Shown in pieces: positions 1-7,374 of a DNA stretch of 10,667 bases; position 1 is the first letter of the stretch; every line of letters begins with the position of its first letter. The translations under genes and the position numbers were made by a program. Source of the DNA: Candidatus Heimdallarchaeota archaeon B3_Heim. GTDB taxonomy: Archaea > Asgardarchaeota > Heimdallarchaeia > Hodarchaeales > Hodarchaeaceae. Below the pieces are notes generated by a model. The model worked only from the letters and a program-made list of their open reading frames with translations. It had not been told where the DNA came from and did no database searches. The stretch spans positions 1-10,667 of the forward strand of contig NJBF01000073.1 in NCBI GenBank assembly GCA_003144275.1, given 5' to 3'.

Positions 1-94
1 TAGGTTTTTCGGGTCCAGTAAGGTGCTCCACGGCATGAGCGAGAGAATCCTTCGCATTCTCAATCAAATTGAATCTAATTTTCTTATTCTTCAT
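1..94 (-). CDS. 5' part of a CDS running off the window edge, hypothetical protein (MKNKKIRFNLIENAKDSLAHAVEHLTGPEKP...)
   Basis: ATG at 94-92 preceded by a strong SD (AAGGAGGTGA) about 11 nt upstream. The frame is open to base 1 (31 codons). It is not in the ORF track because it is truncated. Confidence 0.75.
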   Translation of the reverse strand, partial: MKNKKIRFNLIENAKDSLAHAVEHLTGPEKP

Positions 95-120
95 GTCTGG
101 TAGCTTCACCTCCTTTCTTC

Positions 121-230
121 AAAATCCATCTATCCCACAACTGGCTTAATTCTTTTAGCCTGATACAACCACTTTAATTTTACCCACGTCAATAGGCTGT
201 CTTATCTTGAGAAAGTGGCTATATGAGCCT
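121..230 (-). repeat. Family A intergenic element, copy 1
   Basis: Shares CACAACTGGCT (136-146), CTTTAATTTTACCCA (172-186) and ATAGGCTG (192-199) with the copies at 1479-1589 and 3868-3948. Also shares AAAATCCATCTAT and TATGAGCCT with copy 2. Confidence 0.9.
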
Positions 231-246
231 CTTTTTTTCTTGTCAA
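218..246 (-). promoter_or_regulatory. Putative sigma70-type promoter TTGACA-N17-TATAGC reading into family A copy 1 and the 1..94 gene
   Basis: Minus strand: -35 TTGACA at 246-241, 17-nt spacer, -10 TATAGC at 223-218. Confidence 0.6.
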
Positions 247-297
247 TTAGCGTAAAATCCTGATTTAGCTCTTTAAAATGCTAAAATTTCTTGGGCC

Positions 298-1413
298 TTA
301 TTTAAGACTCAACAATTTAATCTCTCCCTCGATAGCAACACCTGCATAAGAATTTGAAAGAGAGATTCTTGAAACTTTCTTACCTGGTTTCGTCTGGTAA
401 AGAACCTTTCCGTTTAGTGCATCTAAAATTATAACTGCACTATCAAAAGTACTAATGCCTACAAATTTTCCGTTTGGTGAAACAACGAGTCCTTCAATAC
501 CTCCAGCTACTTCTTGTTGAGACTCCCAAAGAACTTTGCCTTTTTGATTGAGAAGCACAAGATACACTGATTTTGTAGTAGCTATTCTTTCGCTCTCTTT
601 GTCAACAGCAATGTATCCTCCAATATCATCTTTTTCCCATAAAATTTTGCCATTTCTATTAAGAAAAACCATTCCTCCGTCATCTGTTCCTACTGCAATT
701 CTCTCTGCATATTTATCAATCCCAACATCGATAGGTGGCGAGGCAAATTGGACATGTGCTAAAACCTTACCGCTGGGATCAAAGACATATACTGCATTCT
801 CCCCCTTGGTACAGTTAAAATTTTCGTCCCAAGGACCAAATTTTTCTCCAGCTGCTACTACATAGCCTTTTTGATTAATGATCGCACAGGTTAGAAAGAC
901 ATTGAGTTCCTTTTGCCAAGTTATATCACCACTTTGGTCGAATATCCATATGGTTGATGCTGCCAGATTTCCTTTGGAATCCACTGGTATATTTCCAGCA
1001 ACCCCGCATTTGGCTTCATTGGAGTAATCAAGAGACGATGGGTTAAGAGAATCTACTCGTTTAGCCCATAACTGTTTGCTTGGTTTTATCTGAAGTAAAG
1101 AAGATATATTACTGTTATAAGCAGCAAAGACATAGTTTCCTGATACAACCACTCTCTGAGTGCTTGAACATTTCCAGCTTTTAAGAGAATTATCTTTCCG
1201 GTTATAAATACGCATAAAGCCAGCTTTCTTAGTCCCTTCAGAGAAAGCTAGATTTCCCTCTTCTGAAACTGATATGCTAAAAGTTGTATCTGTTTTATAA
1301 CTCCAAATTTCTTTAACATCTGAATCTCCTCTTGCTTGGCCTATAGAAAAAAACTCGACGATTAAAATTATTCCTAATATGCCTGCCAATATTATCCATT
1401 TCTTAATCTTCAT
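298..1413 (-). CDS. Secreted beta-propeller protein (PQQ-like/WD40-like repeats), 371 aa
   Basis: Start reassigned to ATG 1413 (MKIKKWIILAGILGIILIV..., signal-peptide-like; SD GGGAGGG at 1424-1418). The 1614 start in the ORF track only reads through repeat A copy 2. Repeated blade motifs: IWIFDQSGDITWQ, VYVFDPSGKVL, MVFLNRNGKILWEK, LVLLNQKGKVLWES, VIILDALNGKVLYQ. Confidence 0.85.
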   Translation of the reverse strand: MKIKKWIILAGILGIILIVEFFSIGQARGDSDVKEIWSYKTDTTFSISVSEEGNLAFSEGTKKAGFMRIYNRKDNSLKSWKCSSTQRVVVSGNYVFAAYNSNISSLLQIKPSKQLWAKRVDSLNPSSLDYSNEAKCGVAGNIPVDSKGNLAASTIWIFDQSGDITWQKELNVFLTCAIINQKGYVVAAGEKFGPWDENFNCTKGENAVYVFDPSGKVLAHVQFASPPIDVGIDKYAERIAVGTDDGGMVFLNRNGKILWEKDDIGGYIAVDKESERIATTKSVYLVLLNQKGKVLWESQQEVAGGIEGLVVSPNGKFVGISTFDSAVIILDALNGKVLYQTKPGKKVSRISLSNSYAGVAIEGEIKLLSLK

Positions 1414-1478
1414 TTTTCCCTCCCTTTTGATAATAAAAATTCTTGCTAAGCTCAACCTCACTTTTCCTCTTGAGACTA

Positions 1479-1589
1479 AAAATCCATCTATTCCACAACT
1501 GGCTTGATAATAATCTCTCAAGAGAGGAGCTTTAATTTTACCCAGGTCATATAGGCTGCCTTGCCTTAAGAAAGTGCCTGTATGAGCCT
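1479..1589 (-). repeat. Family A intergenic element, copy 2
   Basis: Cores at 1494-1504, 1530-1544 and 1551-1558. Its edge carries a local 9-mer duplication GCCTGTATG (1576-1584 and 1586-1594). Confidence 0.9.
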
Positions 1590-1764
1590 GTATGTGCGTC
1601 TTTCTACTTGCCAATTACCATAAACTCTTAATACAACTTTGACTCGGTCGAAAAAGCTTCATTTTTAAGAGTCTCGTGTCTTAAAACCCCCATAAAATCA
1701 GCCTCGAGCTTTTGAAAAAGAGAGTTTTTCAACAAACCCTCCTCTTATATGCTGTGCTCTTTGT

Positions 1765-2964
1765 TTACCTTATCCATACTTTTCCGAGCGTAACAAGAAA
1801 CAGTGCTATAATTAACCAACCTACAAATCCTTCTATCATAGCCAAAGTGCGAAATCTACAGATTTTTCTTCCTTTAATCTTCAAGAATTGTGCGGTGGGA
1901 TACCAGTCTCCATAACCGACTGTAGTGAAAGTATTAACACTAAAATAAAAAGCATCTGTAAATCTTGGTTTTGAGTCTGGTTTTCCTCTTTCTTTTACCG
2001 CCTTAGGTTGATAATAAAAGCACGAGAAAAGGAAAATAAGAACCAACCCATAAAGGACAGCCCGGAAAGGCTTCACCCCATATCCACAGGACAAATCTAA
2101 AAAGATGTATTCCAGTCCCCTTGTAGGATTGTACCATCTCTTCTCGATTCTTCGCTCACGAACCCTGTACTCATAATAAGCGCTGTCCGCATCTCCAAAC
2201 TCTCCCGATTCTTTGTAATGCTTTATTAACTGGGCATAAAATGTTTCATCCCATACAAGTCTTCCTTTTATTTGCCTCCAATCTATAAACAGCCCCGGGA
2301 AATCAGTATCCCCGAAGTCGACTAGATATTCGAACTGAGCATCCATGAAGAAAGCTCCTTCCTGGAATTGAGCTCCCTCGAAGTAAGCCAGTTTCCGGAA
2401 TTTAGCTTCATAGAAGTTAGCTCCCTCCTGGAATTGAGCTGTCTCGAAGAAAGCTTCTTCCTGGAATTGAGCTCTCCTGAAGTTAGGTTCTTCTTGGAAT
2501 TGAGCTTCCGAGAAGATAGCTCGTTTCTGGAATTGAGCGTACGAGAAGTCAGCTTCTTTCTGGAATTGAGCTTCCGAGAAGTCAGCTCGTTTCTGGAACT
2601 CAGTGAGATAAAAGGAAACTTCTTGAGTTAACAAGATGGGAGAATACCTGTCTGTCTCAGGGATGTAATAGCGAAAAATGGCTATTTCTTGAATAGTTGA
2701 ATTAGTAATCGTTACTTTACTTTTAACAACCCTCATTTCTTTGCCATTAATCTCTTCAACCTCTAGGTTTATTTTACTTAACTTAAGCTCTCCAGTTATT
2801 ATAGCATTGTCTATTTCCACTGGTTCTCCCTTTTCTATCATTTTAAGTATTTTTTCAGCAGGCACTTTTCCCTTTATCTCTTGAGCCAAAAGATCCTGTG
2901 ATAGCCAGACGTTTGAGAAAAAACTAATCAATATGAGCAAAATAAAAGATATGCTTACTTTCAT
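1765..2964 (-). CDS. Pentapeptide-repeat protein fused to a C-terminal two-TM potassium channel pore domain, with an N-terminal signal-peptide-like segment
   Basis: SD AAGGAGG upstream. About 9-10 repeats of FxxAQFQxxAx. The C-terminus has a TM helix, pore helix, the selectivity filter TFTTVGYGD and a second TM helix. Confidence 0.92.
   Translation of the reverse strand: MKVSISFILLILISFFSNVWLSQDLLAQEIKGKVPAEKILKMIEKGEPVEIDNAIITGELKLSKINLEVEEINGKEMRVVKSKVTITNSTIQEIAIFRYYIPETDRYSPILLTQEVSFYLTEFQKRADFSEAQFQKEADFSYAQFQKRAIFSEAQFQEEPNFRRAQFQEEAFFETAQFQEGANFYEAKFRKLAYFEGAQFQEGAFFMDAQFEYLVDFGDTDFPGLFIDWRQIKGRLVWDETFYAQLIKHYKESGEFGDADSAYYEYRVRERRIEKRWYNPTRGLEYIFLDLSCGYGVKPFRAVLYGLVLIFLFSCFYYQPKAVKERGKPDSKPRFTDAFYFSVNTFTTVGYGDWYPTAQFLKIKGRKICRFRTLAMIEGFVGWLIIALFLVTLGKVWIR
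2362..2604 (-). repeat. Intragenic 33-bp tandem repeat encoding the 11-aa (5+6) pentapeptide-type repeat
   Basis: CTGGAATTGAGC-like 12-mer starts at 2362, 2428, 2461, 2494, 2527, 2560 and 2593 (33-bp period; the unit at about 2395 is diverged). Confidence 0.9.
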
Positions 2965-3089
2965 TTTCTGGGTTTCCTCCTTTAACTTTCTGGAAAATAA
3001 TAGCTACAGATAGTTTTCCCTCTAGGCTTTGAATTGATGAGGCCGATTTAATTTTTGATCTTCCATATCTAGTCTCTCTTCGCCCATGC

Positions 3090-3204
3090 TTCTCTCGAAC
3101 CTAGTGTCTTTGGCTTGTTTCCGTCGAGTTTTGAAAATATGCTATATCCTGTGTGTCAACTTTATCTCATATCTCCAGGTCTCATTTCGGGGATACTCCC
3201 CCTC
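3090..3204 (+). repeat. Family B intergenic element, internally deleted copy (D)
   Basis: TTCTCTCGAA (3090-3099) equals 8371-8380. 3110-3125 matches 8406-8421 at 14/16. CGAGTTTTGAAAATATG (3125-3141) is identical to 10064-10080. CTCCCCCTC follows 71 nt after that block here and 70 nt after it in the 10064 copy. Confidence 0.7.
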
Positions 3205-3258
3205 TAGAATCAGAGTAATGTACTCCTGGGTTCTTTATTTTCAAGTGTTTTAGTGAAA

Positions 3259-3287
3259 TTGACTTGCCTTTTCCTAGCTTTTATAGT
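3259..3287 (+). promoter_or_regulatory. Putative sigma70 promoter TTGACT-N17-TATAGT, antisense to the 3311..3793 gene
   Basis: TTGACT at 3259-3264, 17-nt spacer, TATAGT at 3282-3287. Confidence 0.5.
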
Positions 3288-3310
3288 ATAAAGCCTAGCC
3301 CGAGCCTCTT

Positions 3311-3793
3311 TCAGAAAACATCAAGCAGTCCCCATTTATCCTTCCATTGTTTGATCCTCTTTTCATCTATGGCGTGATGCTTTGACTTTGGACTTCTGGC
3401 TCTCTTTCCTCCATGTCTATTTAGATAATCTTGATGGGTTTTGTGAATATTGTTACGAATCCACCAGTCGGGAACGATCCAAAACTCGGGGTGTTTTTTT
3501 GAACTTCCGATATCTATAAACACCCAAAATGCTGTTTCAGGCACTCTAGACTCACACGGTCTTCCTTCATCAATACTGGTATGCCATGTGCCAGAACGCT
3601 TGGTTTTAACCTGTATAGTGACTATGCGGCTTTGGTCAAGATTGCTTGCCATTATATCAATCTTGGGCATGTTACCAGCAAATGTGACCGCATACGCTCC
3701 TCTCCGATTTAACTCTGCAGCGACGTAATATTCCCCAGCTCGAGCAGTTTGTTGATTCTTTGCACCGCGGTTACCTGAAGATTCTTCTGCCAT
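3311..3793 (-). CDS. PD-(D/E)XK superfamily nuclease (stand-alone, Hjc/restriction-endonuclease-like), about 160 aa
   Basis: Motifs GEYYVAAEL ... KIDIMA ... IQVKT (E...D...QxK). ATG 3793 with GGAGA upstream is preferred over GTG 3808. Confidence 0.85.
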   Translation of the reverse strand: MAEESSGNRGAKNQQTARAGEYYVAAELNRRGAYAVTFAGNMPKIDIMASNLDQSRIVTIQVKTKRSGTWHTSIDEGRPCESRVPETAFWVFIDIGSSKKHPEFWIVPDWWIRNNIHKTHQDYLNRHGGKRARSPKSKHHAIDEKRIKQWKDKWGLLDVF

Positions 3794-3867
3794 GATTTGC
3801 TTCTCCACTATATTTGTTTTTCATATTCTTTTATAACATTTTTGACATTGCCAAAAGCTCTGTATTG

Positions 3868-3948
3868 CACAACTGGCTCGATAAAAATTTCTTAATAGAG
3901 GAGCTTTAATTTTACCCAGGCCTTATAGGTTGCTTCTTCTTGAGAGAG
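3868..3948 (-). repeat. Family A intergenic element, copy 3
   Basis: Cores at 3868-3878, 3904-3918 and 3925-3932 (ATAGGTTG). It is closer to copy 2 than to copy 1 in the variable spacer. Confidence 0.9.
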
Positions 3949-4028
3949 GACCTCTTTTATCTAGTCGGCATCAACCCCAATTTTTACTTTATTAATTCTC
4001 TTTTGCTCGTCCTTTCCTGCTTATTGTC

Positions 4029-4367
4029 TTACCTTCTAGCAGATGCAGAGCATTTTTTCTTCTTTCTTTGTTGCCATATCTCTTTTATTGCAGCTCCTAC
4101 CTTTCTGAACTCCTCTTCTGTAAATTTATCACTTTTAGCATTATTACACAGAGAACAAGATAGGACACAATTTTCCTTGCTATAGCCTTTCGCATTATCC
4201 TTACGTTCAAGTTCCAATTTTTTACCCCTCTTATCTTGACCATAAAATTTGTGCCAGATTGGAATAACTTCTTCTTCCTGGATTCCACAGTAGTGGCACT
4301 GTCACCCATCTCTTCTGTAAAGTTTTTCTCGCAATCTATCTTTTTCCTTGTTACTTATTTTCGTCAT
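4029..4367 (-). pseudogene. HNH-type zinc-binding endonuclease interrupted by an in-frame TGA
   Basis: One frame from ATG 4367: MTKISNKEKDRLREKLYRRDG*QCHYCGIQEEE...LELERKDNAKGYSKENCVLSCSLCNNAK. TGA at 4304-4302. CxYC and CxxCN motifs are intact. Confidence 0.8.
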
Positions 4368-4464
4368 CTCGATAGCATCCAAGAAACCTTCGAATTTGGA
4401 AGTACAAGAGGTCAAAGTCAACGAGAGAGAAAGAACAACAATAAAAGACCGCTTTTCTTCTCAC
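4368..4464 (-). pseudogene. Frameshifted lipoprotein signal-peptide fragment in frame with the HNH ORF
   Basis: SD AGGAGGTGA (4478-4470) and GTG at 4464. Removing one T from the T4 run at 4446-4443 gives MRRKAVFIVVLSLSLTLTS-C-TSKFEGFLDAIE, which continues into the HNH ATG. The lipobox-like Cys codon is at 4406-4404. Confidence 0.5.
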
Positions 4465-4594
4465 CTTTCTCACCTCCTGGTGTATAATAGCTGTGCTAGG
4501 GTAAAACTTGTTCACTTTTTCCCATCCAAACTCAGGCTCGGTTGTTGTAGTCTTTATAACTAGTCACCATCTGATCGTGTCACTGGAGTACAGC

Positions 4595-6418
4595 TCAAAA
4601 TTCCAGTTTGCTACTATCCCGGAAGCACCAACTACCATATGTAAATTTATTGTCGTCGCCGTAGTGAACCTTGTATATTAGCGAGCATCCCAGCCAATAT
4701 TTTGAAATGATAGTTTCACCTGCTGAAATATTAATATTACAGTTTCTCTCTCTAGTCGGATCGACGACCGCACTGGGCCCCATTTCTTCGGCTGCCGCTT
4801 CTGCCTCAGCTAGACTGTCTTTGTATTTATCACTTTGGTACGCGGCATTGGTATAGTAGTAGCGAAGGCCAGTTTTACCATCCTCCCATGTACCACCCCA
4901 TTTACCAGGGTCTACCGCCACTACACCCTTCCCAGTAACACCAGAGATCGTGTATTTGACTCGATCATAGTGACCACAAGCTAATGCTGTATCGGATATA
5001 AACTCTCCTGCCTTTTCTCCTACTTCCACTGAAGCGAAATCCACTGAATTGCTAGTCAAAAGATCTCCAGTCCAGGTAGCTCCACCATCTGAGGAAAGTT
5101 TAAACTCGCTAAGGATCAATCTGTAAACACTAGGGGCAGCATAAAATCTTTTTTCTCCAGCTAGTGCTAGTTCGCCAGGTGGCTCATCCCTCCATGCCTC
5201 TAGGGTTAGGTATCCGGTATTAGTACCAGAAGCAATTAGTATCTTGTAATCAATCAATGTTACTTCATAGCCTACTTTTATGAAGCTGAGTATCGTCATT
5301 TTCACACCACCAATGCCTTCTAACCCACCATAAAGTAACCAGGAAGGATTTTGAACATCCAGTTCCAAATATCCATCTACATTTACATAAGGACCCACCA
5401 CACCGTAAATCTTAAAAGCAAGTTTAGGACCTGCGTAACCTTTAATTCCTCCGACAGAAACAATAGATGGTGGATTGTATTCAAAGTCACTGGAGAATTC
5501 ACTAATTGGGGACCATGCTCCGTAGTCATATTCTACTCCGGCTGATAAAGTTGCCTGTTGGGTAATACCTGTGGTTACTTTACAACTAACTTCAGCTTCG
5601 GCCCCTACAACTAAAGAAATCTCAGGAACAAAAACTATCGGACCAATTGGAATCGCAGCGAAAGGAAATTTTGCTAATTCCACCTCCTTCAACAACGATA
5701 TAGCAACTGCTGATTTTATTTCAATTTCCGCTGTCTGCTCGACCGTTTGAATAAACTTGAGTTCTTTTAAGTCAAACCACCTAATTACAAGTTTAAAATC
5801 TATACTGGCTTCGAAAGCTATCGACCCATTAGCAACTATCTGGTCATTTCTGGTATCCAAATTTCCATCACGGTCATATAGAACTACATTGTCTAATTCT
5901 ACAGTAAATCGCCCTAGCGCTCTCGACGGACCCATAGATACTCCCTTTCTGAACATAGGGGCTCTTTGTTGATCGAGATCACTGGGAGTAAGATCTTTTT
6001 TTAATTCAATATTTACATTCTCAAACGCTTCTTCTAAGGTTGTAGTTGCTGTTTCAACTATATACTCATCTGCTGTGATATTAATTGCCACAACTTTACG
6101 AAGAAATCCTTCACCTTCAGTATTTATGATTATATCGCCTGATTGAAGATTTTCAATTTCTGTTGCTTCTTTATTAAAGTAATAAGTGGAGTCTTCTATT
6201 CTCTCTAATTGTTGAACGGTTTCTTCACTGAGAACTTCTGTGTTATCCGCAAGTTTGACTTCATATCCATTTTCTTCTTCATGTTCTCTCTCCCTTAATT
6301 CATCAATCTTCCCCTCTATCGCTGATATTATGCCAAAATGAAGTCCCTTAGCTGACGCTTGATAGGGTAGAATTAAACAAGTAATTATCAAGACTATTGG
6401 TATTATCTTTTTATTCAT
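4595..6418 (-). CDS. Large secreted/surface protein, 607 aa, beta-rich and apparently two modules
   Basis: Start reassigned to ATG 6418 (SD AAGGAGGGAG; MNKKIIPIVLIITCLILPYQASA signal peptide). The C-terminal module (VYRLILSEFKLS...ALACGHYDRVKYTI) is reminiscent of DUF4382-like domains, from memory and not searched. Confidence 0.8.
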   Translation of the reverse strand: MNKKIIPIVLIITCLILPYQASAKGLHFGIISAIEGKIDELREREHEEENGYEVKLADNTEVLSEETVQQLERIEDSTYYFNKEATEIENLQSGDIIINTEGEGFLRKVVAINITADEYIVETATTTLEEAFENVNIELKKDLTPSDLDQQRAPMFRKGVSMGPSRALGRFTVELDNVVLYDRDGNLDTRNDQIVANGSIAFEASIDFKLVIRWFDLKELKFIQTVEQTAEIEIKSAVAISLLKEVELAKFPFAAIPIGPIVFVPEISLVVGAEAEVSCKVTTGITQQATLSAGVEYDYGAWSPISEFSSDFEYNPPSIVSVGGIKGYAGPKLAFKIYGVVGPYVNVDGYLELDVQNPSWLLYGGLEGIGGVKMTILSFIKVGYEVTLIDYKILIASGTNTGYLTLEAWRDEPPGELALAGEKRFYAAPSVYRLILSEFKLSSDGGATWTGDLLTSNSVDFASVEVGEKAGEFISDTALACGHYDRVKYTISGVTGKGVVAVDPGKWGGTWEDGKTGLRYYYTNAAYQSDKYKDSLAEAEAAAEEMGPSAVVDPTRERNCNINISAGETIISKYWLGCSLIYKVHYGDDNKFTYGSWCFRDSSKLEF

Positions 6419-6491
6419 TACTCCCTCCTTCAGACAAAAATTCCAATTGAGCCTACCAAAACAGAACAAATGAAGCTACGTTATGGCTATA

Positions 6492-6944
6492 CTATTTAAA
6501 GTAGAAATTGATACCTAGATTATAAACCCACTCTATTCCACCAACCGATGTATCTTCAGATGATAGACTAATGTAAGCTGGACCTATATCTAGAGAGAAC
6601 GCCATTTTCTTACTGATAAAGCGTTCAAAACCAAGGAACAGCATTCCAAAGGAACCGTCACCTTCGATATCCTCTTTGTCAAAGTTTATGAGGCCAACTT
6701 CTACTCCCGCAAAGGTGACTGTTTTACCCTTAGGGCCGAAACCGCGATAGAGCCTAACACTGTATACACCGATTCCAGAACCAAAAGCTCCTCTTCCTTC
6801 TATAGCGAATCTAGGACTGGTCCAGTACTTCAACGAAATATACGGATTGCCGAGCCCGATGCCCCATCTCCCAGCACTAACTGGAATAGCGGTGATGCTA
6901 ATGAGCAGTGAAGTTAAGACCAACATCACCAATCTTTTTCTCAT
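6492..6944 (-). CDS. Small outer-membrane beta-barrel protein, 150 aa
   Basis: SD GGGAGGTG. Signal peptide ending PVSA. Alternating amphipathic strands rich in Gly and aromatics. Terminal YNLGINFYFK fits a beta-signal. Confidence 0.85.
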   Translation of the reverse strand: MRKRLVMLVLTSLLISITAIPVSAGRWGIGLGNPYISLKYWTSPRFAIEGRGAFGSGIGVYSVRLYRGFGPKGKTVTFAGVEVGLINFDKEDIEGDGSFGMLFLGFERFISKKMAFSLDIGPAYISLSSEDTSVGGIEWVYNLGINFYFK

Positions 6945-7314
6945 GTCTCACCTCCCTAACCCTAAGCTTGTTGGTTAACGCTATCTACTTTGTAACTGTT
7001 TATGGTTGATTTATTGTAAAACAGATTAGCTGTACGCCAAAACTGCGTTGAGAACCTGGAGTGAGTGGGTTTTTGAGCTGCCTTGGGCTGTAGGATAGCC
7101 TGTTGGAGAACTTCTGTGGCTACATTTCAAGGAATTAAGGAGCCAGCACGAAGGGGGTGTCTTTACTTCTGGGGTAGTTGTCTAGGTGTTAAGTTATTTA
7201 CCTTGAATTGAGACTTCCTCTTTTTCCTGACTAGTCTCGAGACAGACGTTAATATGTCACTTCCTTTTTCTTACCCCCTCTTTTCTAGCTATTCTGGCAA
7301 TTTGTAGATCACTC

Positions 7315-7351
7315 AATAAAAAAGCCCATTCTTTTCGTCAAAAGAATGGGC
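7315..7351 (-). terminator. Intrinsic terminator forming the riboswitch expression platform
   Basis: Perfect 12-bp stem GCCCATTCTTTT/AAAAGAATGGGC (7324-7351), 4-nt loop, followed by TTTTTTATT on the minus strand. Confidence 0.9.
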
Positions 7352-7374
7352 GATTGCGGCCCGGTATGTAATTT

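Noticed and set aside
1414-1614. N-terminal extension of the beta-propeller ORF to 438 aa
   Set aside because: It reads through family A copy 2 from a TTG. The SD and signal peptide point to ATG 1413.
2362-2631. Regular 33-bp repeats as a CRISPR array, and the plus-strand ORF 2368..2631
   Set aside because: The period is a multiple of 3, the repeats lie inside the channel CDS, there are no unique spacers of CRISPR length and no cas genes. The plus-strand ORF is the antisense shadow of the repeat.
4302-4304. Alternative genetic code or selenocysteine at the HNH TGA
   Set aside because: TGA terminates other genes here, the position is not a catalytic Cys site, and no SECIS-like hairpin was recognised.
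548-5972. Short opposite-strand or off-frame ORFs (548..865, 1712..1915, 3450..3728, 3940..4185, 4097..4309, 4236..4487, 4348..4563, 4671..4856, 5351..5545, 5757..5972)
   Set aside because: They overlap better-supported genes and show no recognisable motifs.
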